DNA of 64,000 nucleotides from Podarcis liolepis. Its lineage: Eukaryota. Both the position numbers and the translations under genes were made by a program. A model generated the notes under the pieces. The model had not been told where the DNA came from and searched no databases. It saw nothing but the letters and a program-made list of their open reading frames with translations. Where the stretch lies: NCBI GenBank assembly GCA_965112155.1, contig OZ218105.1. One strand, given 5' to 3'. Below, piece by piece: positions 1 through 10,627 of this stretch (its first letter is position 1; each line of letters starts with the position of its first letter).

Positions 1-224
1 GAAAGGTCTGGAGGGCTGTATTAAACAGATACAGAGTGATGGAATTCCCAGATTTTGATGGGTACTGCCCTAGCACCAGCGTTCGAAATTCACCTGGGCA
101 CCAAGGTGGCATCTGATGTCTCCACCATCTGGAGGTGCATTCCTTGGATATTGACTGCTTTCACAGAGTAGCAACACATTCTGTAGAATTCCATCCAATG
201 AATTTCAGCAACCCAAAATTCATA

Positions 225-840
225 CAGTGTATCTCAGGTTACGTACGCTGCGGGTTGCGCGTTTTTGGGTTGCGGACCGTGCCGAACCCCAAAGTACTGG
301 AACGTGTTAGTTCCTGGCTTCGGTGCTCGTGCATGTGCAGAATCACAAAATGACATCACATGCATGCGCAGACGCGGCGCTTCAGGCTGCGAACGTTGCG
401 GGTTGCAAACATGCAGGGACGCGGACTTAGAAAAAATATTGGGGGGGCCCGGGAAAGCTCATGAATAATAAATAAGCTCATGAATATGCAAATAAAGTGG
501 CTCCGGCCCTAAATCGGGCAAGCCACGCCCCCCCAGCCAGCCGATTGGCTGGCTGGGAGGTGTGGCCAGTCGGGATTCCCCTGTTCTCGCGGGATTTCCG
601 GCAGTGCCTTAGCTGGGATTCCCTTGGCCGGGGCTCTCCGATTAGGGCGCGCGGCTGGCTGGCTGGCGAACGAGCAGGTGGGGAGGAGGCGGGGGACGGC
701 GGCGGCGCTCTGGTGGAAGGGCGCCCGCCCGAGATTATTGGGGGGGCTGAGCCCCCCCAAAAAATTTTTTGAGGGGGCTCGAGCCCCCTGAAGCCCCATG
801 GAGTCGGCGCCTATGCAAACATGCCTCCCGCACGGATCAC
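225..840. mobile_element. Tigger/pogo-like MITE (reverse-complement relative of 20868-21128), interrupted by a hAT insertion, right end missing
   Basis: Begins TA|CAGTGTATCTCAGGTTACG. 225-413 and 824-840 align colinearly with the reverse complement of 20868-21128. Confidence 0.8.
414..815. mobile_element. Non-autonomous hAT-type DNA transposon, GC-rich, 402 bp
   Basis: Exact 8-bp TSD CAAACATG at 406-413 and 816-823. Imperfect TIRs CAGGGACGCGGACT / CATAGGCGCCGACT (reverse complement of right end). Confidence 0.8.
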
Positions 841-1169
841 AGATCAAATACGATTTTAGAACAGTCTGGCCCCAAAATGGCCAACTATGCATTCCATTTT
901 GGCGAATGTAACCCTGGTTTGAGGAGCCATTTGGCGCCTAGCTTATATATCTGAGTTTCTAACACTGCCTAGAACTAAGTTAATGAATGAAACATAGTTA
1001 TGTAGTAAAGTACAACTACGCAGTAAAGTTGTTTCACAAGACATGGGGAAGGTAGCTTACTCAGTAAGCCAGAATACAACAGAGTCTAAAGATTCCTTTT
1101 GCTATGGGGTTAATAAACTCAGAACCATATGAGTGGTGATACACAGGTTATACCTTTACAAGAACTTAC

Positions 1170-1260
1170 CATGATCCCAAGGGATGAGGAGAATGTTGCA
1201 GAGGATACCCCCAGTGATAATGCAAAAAGTGTATGCTACCATTACATGCTCTGTGTTCAC
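1170..1260 (-). other. Candidate exon C (91 nt) of an unidentified minus-strand gene; possible first coding exon (ATG at 1242, MVAYTFCIITGGILCNILLIPWDH+G, phase 1)
   Basis: Acceptor cctttgttttctcacacaaag|, consensus donor ATG|gtaagt, ATG context GTAATGG (-3 G, +4 G), hydrophobic 24-aa peptide. No homology recognised. Confidence 0.4.
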
Positions 1261-2190
1261 CTTTGTGTGAGAAAACAAAGGCCTGAATGGGCTGAGCTTG
1301 GTGCACATGTGTTCAGTAAATACACCCAGTTCCTGAAAAAACATCCCATGTGGCTTCACTGCAGAGTTATACATGTACGTGGAAATGACTCACAAAAACA
1401 GTGGGAGGAAAAACAATAGCAACAAAATAATCAACAGTAATGGGTTTTAAGCAAGTTGTCACATGAGCCTACCAGAAGAGGGTGGGGAGGCTGTTGCGTC
1501 AGAATTAAATTGTAAGGGCACAGAGAAACATGAGGTTTAAGACTATGAAGCCATTTCTATTTCCAACCAAGCAGAAAGGCACTATTCAGCATATTTGCAC
1601 CAGAAGAGAATTCAAAACAAAACAAAACACCACTGTGCCATCTCAGCAGTAGACACAGGACCCTGATCTGTGCAATCATTAGGAAAAGTTGGTAGAGTAC
1701 ATGGTACCACTACAGGCTGCAGGTGGGACATACCATTTTGAACAATCTTGAAAGTAAAAACAAAATAAAACTAGTCCATCAGCAAGTTCTACCCCAGGCT
1801 GCTCCTTGCTGGTTTCTGGTTGCAGGAAGGCTATTTTATTTTTTTTAAGCTAGGGGACCATTTAGAAATGTAATCTTTCACCTGCAGACTGAAGTGGCAC
1901 AGAACATTCTACTTTGTTCTCACCTTGTTCTGATGCAGACCAGGTCAGAGTTTGGTGCAAATGCACTGCCTAATCCACAAACCACTTAAAAGGTTTTAAT
2001 TCCAGACAAAGGGGAGAGGGGGGGTCCCTTGTCTTACAGAAGTTGCAAACATTACAATATTTGTTTCCTGAGTAACAAGAATGCTCATGGACAAGCTTCT
2101 ATGCTATCACACTGTCCCAAACAACTGGAAATTTCATTTGCTCAAACGCAAGGTAGGTTGAGGTAACAGTGATCTGCAGTCTTGCTTGCA

Positions 2191-2272
2191 ATCATAGAAT
2201 CATAGAATCATAGAGTTGGAATAGACCACAAGGGCCATCGAGTCCAACCCCCTGCCAAGCAGGAAACACCAT
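2191..2272 (-). mobile_element. CR1 LINE (or CR1-tailed SINE) 3' end fragment
   Basis: ATCATAGAATCATAGAATCATAGAGTTGGAA is the reverse complement of the (ATTCTATG)n CR1 tail, followed by CR1 3'UTR-like sequence. Confidence 0.75.
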
Positions 2273-2643
2273 ACAATCAACCTCATTCAATGTCTTAATG
2301 GTCTAAACACAAAGTGGTATATATAGGCAGGACCTGCCTCTTGTAAATGTATGTTACCCACAACAGAAATAATTCTAAATAATGTTTTCGCTACCAACTT
2401 TCTTTTTAATTGCGTACAGACTTGTCACTGCAGTTTACACACTCACAAGACACAGAATTTAAGGTCAAGATTTGATTTTTAAAAATATGGGCCATCCCTA
2501 AATCTGCCATTTATTTCAATATATTTGCTGCCTGCTCATCTTTAAAACTTATGTTACTGCACTTGCATCAACAGTCATGGTATATTTACACAAGAGCATT
2601 CCCGTGGCATTTTAAACCTTTCAGACCAAAATATCTACACTAC

Positions 2644-2680
2644 ACTACACTTGATCTTAGCCAAAAGGCCGAGAAGTGAT
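2644..2680 (-). pseudogene. 3'-truncated U2 snRNA retrocopy (U2 nt 1-37)
   Basis: Minus strand reads ATCACTTCTCGGCCTTTTGGCTAAGATCAAGTGTAGT, matching the U2 5' end ATCGCTTCTCGGCCTTTTGGCTAAGATCAAGTGTAGT with one mismatch. Confidence 0.9.
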
Positions 2681-2789
2681 TCTAGGTTTTGTAATACTTC
2701 TGCCCTTTCACGCAAGACATTTCTTGTGATTTTGAAAATAGTGACACACTGTATTGATGACTAAAGCTTTATTCAGCCTTTAGATTTGA

Positions 2790-2872
2790 CAGGCATCTGG
2801 GTGGCCACTGTGAGAACAGGATGCTGGACTAGACATGCCACTGTCCTGATTCAACAGACTCTTCTTGTGTTC
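2790..2872 (+). mobile_element. Degenerate CR1-type 3'UTR fragment
   Basis: GGCCACTGTGAGAACAGGATGCTGGACTAGA...CTTCTTGTGTTCT resembles squamate CR1 3' termini. Confidence 0.55.
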
Positions 2873-4002
2873 TCAGAGCATAAATCCTCCATTAAATAAT
2901 CAACGAATCCTTATATTTTCTCCTGCATGTTTCACATATTGCACTGAACACAAACGAACTAATGTGTAAAATATGCTGATGCGCCTAAAAGTTTGCAAAA
3001 TATCAAAACACCTGTACCTTCAACAACAAACATTCAAGGCAGAAAGTTGAACATTATCAGCAAAGCATAATTTTGGCAAGGTAAACACACATTTCAAACC
3101 TGCAATAATCTGGTTCTCTTACACCTCAGCACAACGCAGCAATTTCAATGTCTGTGGGTGCATCTGCTTTGCACCTTATTGATTATGTTCCAAAGATTTC
3201 TCGGGTCCTTCTAAATATTGACACTATCAATACGTCCACATGAAATACAGCGGCAAAGGAAAACAGGAGCATAAACGCAGAAATACAAACTGACCAGTCA
3301 ATCAAATGCTTCCTCATAACCTCACCTCTACAAGTCACTGTAGTTGCACCTGGGAAGAAATGTTTACATATTCAGTTAGCCTGAGATAACAATCTCTCAA
3401 CACCCTTCAGACTTATAAGGAGGGTTTCATGAGAGAAAGAGAAAGCTGGCCACTAGGAACAGAGAATATGGCCTATGATGACAACCAATCATGCCAACAA
3501 ACAGCACAGAGATATCATTTTAATTACTTTGCTAGTAAAATAATTTGTATTTCCTGTTGGAAAAGCCACCAAGACACCTAAAAAGAATGATAAAAACAAT
3601 AGGAAATGCAACACACCATAAACAACACAGCACTTTAGGCAACAGCAAATGAGATACCCAGTCCATCTAATATAAATAAGTTTGCAGTAGTCTCCAGAAG
3701 GCAATCAAGGTGAATGTATGTTTGATATTAACTGCTTTTGATCAAGCACTATATAAATCCTGTTAAATTAAACAAAATCTACACATACCCGAATTCCATA
3801 GCCATGGTGCCATTCCCAAACTGACCTGTGTTGCCTGCCATTACACCTCAAAAAACAGGATGACATGGAGCAGGGCTTCAGTAGTTGATCTGAGTGTTCA
3901 AGCAGGTGTGTATTAATGCTGCACTGAGCCTAGTCCACTATTTTGTGAAACACTTTGTCCCTCCCCACAAGAGGCGGCTCATTCCTGACTCTTTTGCAGG
4001 TA

Positions 4003-4243
4003 TAGTGGTACCTCGGGTTAAGTACTTAATTCGTTCTGAAGGTCCGTTCTTAACCTGAAACAGTTCTTTACCTGAAGCACCACTTTAGCTAATGGGGCCT
4101 CCTGCTGCCGCTGCACGCCAGAGCACGATTTCTGTTCTCATCCTGAAGCAATGTTCTTAACCCGAGGTACTATTTCTGGGTTAGCGGAGTCTGTAACCTG
4201 AAGCACCTGTAACCTGAAGCATATGTAACCCGAGGTACCACTG
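4003..4243. mobile_element. Tigger/pogo-like MITE family A, copy 1
   Basis: TA TSDs, TIR (C/T)AGTGGTACCTCGGGTTA...TAACCCGAGGTACCACTG, near-identical to three other copies in the window. Confidence 0.9.
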
Positions 4244-4766
4244 TAGTGGAATAATTTATGTGACATTCTGTGGGGTGGGGTGGGGGGCTGTGCTTACCTT
4301 CCCAATGGAACGAGTGGCCAAGGAATCTTTTTTTTGTCCTGTAAACATTTTTAAATACCCCCTGTGCAGTCACAATTGTGCAAAGTGCAAGGCTCTTCAT
4401 GCAAAAAGACTTCAGAACCTAGCAGCACTTCCTGGAATGCCGATGGGATTGTGCAACATGATGTAACCATGAATTAAACATGGAAGCCAACTGGCAGCCA
4501 ATGATATTGGGCTAATATTGAAGTTATTTCTGAATTCTGCAAGCTCCAAGTAGTTCTTGGGCAACTGCCTTCTGAACCATCTAAGGTTTCCAAGTAGTTG
4601 TCAAAAGGCAGTACCACCACAGAGTGCATTACAGCAATGCATTCTGGGCATTACTAAGGTATGGGTACTGCTAGCAAACCAGCGATATCTGCCTTCAGCC
4701 TCTGGGTATCCAGAAGTAGCAATGGTTACAGAGGAATCTCCAGGGTGTGAACCTGCTTCACATTCC

Positions 4767-5424
4767 TGTCAATTAGGAAGTACAATAAGCCAATCGATCT
4801 GTACCCATTTAGGAAGGCATGTGGATATTGGCATTGGATATTGATATTGATATGGAGGAGGGGAATGGGTTGAGGAGATTTCACCCCTCCCATACCCAAG
4901 AATCTCCTGATCATCTCCTGATGGTCTCTGCTGACTCTCCACAGAGAAGGAGGCGTGTCCTGCCTATCTACTTATTCTGCCCAGCAACATATCTGTGTGT
5001 GAGAGAGAGAGTCAGTCAGTCAGTGTATCGGAGAGTAAGTGAGAGTGTTAGAGATCCTAGAGATAAGATTGCTGCTAAGAGCAGCTGCAGACTCTCAGTG
5101 TAGCATTGATTTATGCTTAGAATATTCAGCTCTGTATATAGCTTTGTATCATAGTTGTAGTTACAGAATAAAAGGAAGATATTCTACAGAGCTGCTCTCC
5201 GAGTGGTTTATACTCTGCAAGACTCTGCAAAACTCTGCTGCGCAACGACTGTATTATTGAGACAGTGAATCCGGTGCTCTCAGCTCTAAGCTGTGAGTCC
5301 ACAGCACTGTGACCTGTTCCTGTGAGAAAGGAGGTCTCTGGCAGTGCTACCCAGCTCGCCTAGCCCAGTCGGGGTTGAGGTGCATGAGTCCAGTTGGTAC
5401 ACTGGCTCTAGGGCGATGCTGACA
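4767..5424 (+). mobile_element. Possible solo LTR
   Basis: TGTCA...TGACA termini, AATAAA at 5167, LTR-like simple-repeat U3/U5 composition. No TSD found. Confidence 0.3.
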
Positions 5425-5610
5425 TGGGTAACATGATGCTGTGTGAAATGAAAGATTGCAGAACTCATTTCTGGATCTTTACATGCAGAGGCAACACCTG
5501 GTACCTGCAAAGCTCCCTTAAAACAAAAAAAGTTTCTCTTTAAAACTCTTCAAAAGCGTGTTTCCTTCAAGCAAAGTGCAGTATGTCTAAGAACACATAT
5601 ACCATGTGTT

Positions 5611-5613
<3 letters not shown>

Positions 5614-5672
<59 letters not shown>
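5614..5672. repeat. Compound (TC)n(CA)n microsatellite
   Basis: Read directly. Confidence 0.95.
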
Positions 5673-8394
5673 TCTACACACACACCCCTGGAGCAGGCCA
5701 CTGTGTTCCATCAATAAATATATGGTATGAAATGGTGATTCTTTGCCAAAGAACAAGAAGGAAAGCATCCAGCGATCAGCTCTTTCAGACCCTGTTGGGA
5801 CAATGCAAGCCATAACAACAGCCTCAGAAAGGAGGGGGTTGTGTAAGAGGTCACTATCCTGTGGGCTGCTTTGCAAATCCTTGTTGTTATCCAAATGTAT
5901 TTGAATCAGCAGAAACGGGAAGCCAAACAAAACCATTTCAGATTGCAAAGCTGGAGTGGGGGACAATAGCTGCCACCTCCAGAAAACAAGAGATATTTGG
6001 CCACCCATGTTTTATGCAGACAAATGAGAACATGTGCTGCTTCACTCCGGCCATTGAGAGGTCTGTCGAAGGGCTACAGCTGCTCCTTCGAAGAACTGGG
6101 TGGCCCGTTCCTTTTCAGCAGCTCAGCAGAGTGTTAAAATCGAAAGATATTACCGCAGAGAGAACTGGGCTTGCACTCCTTTTGAATAAAAACAAGCAGA
6201 TTTAACAAGGAGGGTAGCTCATCTGTTGCCAAACATTCTATGTGGTGCTAGGAAAACCCTCTGCAAAGTTCAAGCTAATTTTATTAGGGAAGCTTACGCC
6301 ACAGAACTTTACACTTACGCAGAATGTAAGTAGGGGCAGATTTACACATTACAATTGTTGTGGGAAACATTGCCAATATTCTGTGAGTGCCCAGATCCAG
6401 ATACAAAGGTCTTGAAAGATTCACATATGACGTCCATACTTTCAGGAAACTCTGATGTTTCATATAGCAACTGTAATGTGTAGAAGTGTCTTAAGTATAG
6501 CGCTGGGGAAGGAGTTCTGCTTAGTTTGCGTTTTAATATGAAGCTACCTAACTGGCATATTCTGAAACTATATGCAAACTGAAACACAGCTACCTTTCAT
6601 AATTTGTACTTCATCAAATTTTGTGATTTGTTCTCCAGCCAAAAAATATGTATGTGTACTAGGGAAAGGTGTGCATCAAAATGCATATATAGTGGGAAGG
6701 TAACATACCAAAATGTATTATATTAAAGTGAAAAGTGGCCAAATTATGTATATTTGTCCTCCCCCCCAAAAAAATAATAATGCATCCAAACAGGTGTATA
6801 TTAAGAGAATTTGGAATTTATACTGCTGATGAATTTCCATAAGGACTTTTTTAAAAAAGCAAACCAATGCACAAATGTGGCAAACTTAAAATTGGAAAGA
6901 ATTAGAAGGTGAGAGAAACCAAACGGACAGATTTGTCCATGCTGACTTAAGTCTTCCTAACACAATACTGTATCAAAATCTGTCCTTTTAGCCTCATAGC
7001 CTTGCACAGCATAAAGGTTGTTGCAGACTGCATGCAGACTTTAATATTCAAGATGCATGTGTTGTGGTGTTTACTTGCAGTCATGATTTCCTACAACTAC
7101 TTCTCATTTTTCACTGATGTTCCCAGACTTCACACCTTAAATAGCTATACAAGCGTCTAACGTCTGCTATCATTTCCTGGAGCCATTCCAACCAACTACA
7201 TTTGAGCAGGAATAGTATTAAATGTGCAACACATTATTAAAAGAAGGGGTTTTGGTATAGGTTTGTGCTTCCATTGCCCCTCACACCCCCAGAGAAATGA
7301 AAGGTAAATGATAAAAGTTACTTGAAAAATACAATCACTTGTCCGCCAGAGACCAATGCAATTAGAAGAAAAAGAAAACATGGTTCTAATTTATTAATGA
7401 ACATTTGCTGCCTGTAATTCTACTGCACTTATTCCATTACAGCTTGACATTTCCTATTGTCACTGCTTGCATTTCTAAACAGTTCCACATGACTAGAGCT
7501 ACTCTGTGCAACTCGCTGAAGACTGTTAATAAAAGAGGAGAACTGGGCTGTATCAGCATGATATTATCTGGCCACATGCTGTAAGATCCACTGGATAGCA
7601 AAAAGGAATCCCCTTCTCAGATATTTTCTAAACATTTTAGTTTTACATACATAGACATTTTTCAACATCCTCCAACATACACACAAAGCGTTTTTCCTTA
7701 GGTAAAGTAAGGAAGGGGGAAATAGTTGAATAGTTCTCTCCCCACCCCCCAATCATGTATGAACATAGAAGGGATATGAGGACCACAGAAGAGTCTAAAT
7801 GTTGAACTGCTTTCAAAAAACATCTTGCATAGCAGGTAAAACTGGCTAATGCACACAGCTGCTTTGAAGGAAGTCATCTCAAAAATAAGCAAACCATAGT
7901 AGTTTAGGAAAGATTGTTAATGGTACCAGGGCAACATGCTTTAGTATCTGCTCAGAAACACTGCAGCACCTTTATCCACCGCAGAATCCTGCAATGTCAT
8001 TTCAAACATATAAACTAGAAGTAGGCCATGTTTCCGAATGAAATATTTGGCGGACAGGGAGAACGAGGGGCTACAGGTGATGGTTCCACAATAATACAAC
8101 ACATGCTGCTCCACTGGCAAGGAAGCAAGATCCTCCTCCTCATGTCCATTCATAGAATATAATAAGCCTCTATTAGATACCACTTTCAGTATAGCTCTAG
8201 CCTACTATTGGAATTTTGGAGCTAGCAGATGCCACAGAAAGCTTTAAGGCTTGCTGAATTTCCAAGGGAAAGAAAGAAAAAATGTTTTAAGAATTTCTAG
8301 GTCACATTTCTACCCCTTCTGGTCCAGAAAACAGGAATGCAAGTAAATTTGATGAGCCTAAGGACCACATCACATAAGATGTACATGGGCTGTA

Positions 8395-8636
8395 CAGTGG
8401 TACCTCGGGTTAAGAACTTAATTTGTTCCAGAGGTCCGTTCTTAACCTGAAACTGTTCTTAACTTGAAGCACCACTTTAGCTAATGGGGCCTCCTGCTGC
8501 CGCCGCACCGCCAGAGCACAATTTCTGCTCTCATCCTGAAGCAAAGTTCTTAACCTGAGGTACTATTTCTGGGTTAGTGGAGTCTGTAACCTGAAGCATC
8601 TGTAACCTGAAGCTTATGTAACCTGAGGTACCACTG
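8395..8636. mobile_element. Tigger/pogo-like MITE family A, copy 2
   Basis: TA|CAGTGGTACCTCGGGTTAAG...GAGGTACCACTG|TA. Confidence 0.9.
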
Positions 8637-10004
8637 TACTGCATCTTGCAATCTCTCCCTGGGAACCATACAACTGATGTGTGTGGCCCCAGATTGGGCA
8701 AGCACTTCACACGCTCTCCAGAGCACACACATTATCAGGAGAGCAGGGGAAAGAGTATGAGTCAACCTACCCTTCCCAAGCCCCAAAGCTTTCCAATCTA
8801 CCCTTTCTCTTATTGTGCTGAGCTGCAGCAGAGAAAAAGATCAGAAATGCAGGGAAACCCAGGCTACCCTTGCTCAGTCTCCAGGTGAGTTGCCCTCTGA
8901 CCACATATAGCTGGTAAAAGGGCAACACACCATTCCTCAGACTAAAGACAACAGCAGAGTCGCCACAGCAGCAGCTGATGGGAAGCAAGTACAATGGTTA
9001 CAACGGGAGCGGTTTGAAGGGAAGTGAGGCAATAGGAGGCAGCCTGCCATTTGGCTAATCATCCCGCAGCAGTTGCTACTCACTCTGTGAGAGCTGATAG
9101 GAAGCAATTGGCACAGCTAGGTTAATGAAAAAATTAATGCTCTCATGAATATGAAGCAGGATGCACTTTTGTAAACTGTTATATAAATTATTGGAGAGTG
9201 ACTCATTATTTTGACCTTGTTTTTGACCAACGTAACACAAAATGTGTCTCGGTCATCTTTGATCACACAAGCCTTTTATTATGTTATCCGTTTTATAAAC
9301 TAAAGCTCTGACTTTACGTGCCTTTTTAAAACCCATGCATTTTCATAAAAGCACCTAAATTAATATCTCAGTCAGCTTGCATTCAGGTTACCAAATGTCA
9401 GGATCTAAAACCCGCAGTCAGTGGCAAACCTTGACCCATCAAATCTCAGCGCACCAGCAGACCTGTTTTAGTGGAATGAGGAACCCAGAGCAATAATAAG
9501 TTCTTAATAAGTCAAAGATGAGCCATGAGAGCTCACAGAGACCTGAGCTCTGACAGACTTGCAAGGGACTCACACTTCAGAGGGAATAGCTAATAGAGCT
9601 GATTAGAAGGCGGCATTTTAAATTGCCTGTGTGATGTCGCAGGAGCAAATCTATCATGGAAACATGCACTGGAACCTCGAGAACATTCCTTCTTACCTAA
9701 GACAGGTTTGTCACACATTAAGACAGCATGCCTAGTTTCAGATGTCTGTGCAGAAGCAATTCATATTTCATACCGTTATTATTAACAGTATACAATTTGA
9801 TTGTATTGTTTTTAATTGCTGAATTTTATTAACTGATGCAAACTCACTAGAAGGGTGCGATATAGGTTTATAAGAAAGTAAATAAATTAATAACATAGGG
9901 TCTACATTGCAAACCACTGAGCTGTTGTTAACAAATACTATGCAAAGTTATTTAGGCTGAAAATTTGTATTCGTTTATTGAATTCAATGGGATGCATTTC
10001 CGAG

Positions 10005-10185
10005 TACATAGGAAGTTGCTTTATAAGTCAGACTATTAAGTCCATCTAGCGCAACACTGTCAACTCTGACTGGCAGCAGCTCTCCAGAGATTTAGGTAGG
10101 GGTCTTTTCCAATCCTACCTGCAGGACCAGGGATTGCACCTGGAACCTTTTGCATGAAAAGCACATGCTCTAGCCCTTCACCCAT
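10005..10185 (-). mobile_element. tRNA(Ala-like)-derived SINE
   Basis: Minus strand AGAGCATGTGCTTTTCATGCAAAAGGTTCCAGGTGCAATCCCTGG head, GAGAGCTGCTGCCAGTCAG body, CTTCCTATG tail. Related copies near 29170-29360, 32262-32410, 50525-50720 and 55899-56040. Confidence 0.7.
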
Positions 10186-10489
10186 TGAAGTAAATCTATG
10201 GACTGCACAGCTAAAATCCTTATAAAAATCCTTATATTGTAATGTGGTGGTTCTCCTCCCAAACAGGCCCACTCTACTCAAAACCTACAATATGAAAACT
10301 TTTTAGTATTCCAGTTAACAGATGGGGTAACTGATGCTGAGAGACAGAAACTTGTCCAATGTCACACAGTGGATTTAGGAATTAAATCATTCTCAAGAAA
10401 CATAGCATAATAGTGCTTGCCGGAATAATACATATTCGTAACAAATAGAAATATACATCATATAAAACAATAGTGAATAAATTGCTTAC

Positions 10490-10627
10490 CTGCACATATT
10501 TTATGTTCTGTTTCTCATCAATTTCATTTTGGTTTCAGATTGCATAAGCTACTTCCTTTAGGTCTCCATCATCTACAACATAGGATCTTGTGCTGGTGGT
10601 GCTGGTGATGCTATCTTGGGCTCACGA
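10490..10627 (-). other. Candidate exon B (138 nt) of the minus-strand transcript; stop codons in all three frames (UTR or uORF-terminal exon)
   Basis: Acceptor ggctgtctcttcag|, consensus donor CAG|gtaagc, non-repetitive sequence. Confidence 0.55.

Noticed and set aside
414-815. CpG-island promoter of a host gene
   Set aside because: Entirely bounded by TIRs and an 8-bp TSD, so it is a transposon.
5550-6008. Longest ORF in the track (152 aa, minus strand)
   Set aside because: Runs through a (CA)/(TC) microsatellite giving CVCV/RERE runs, with no domain or splice support.
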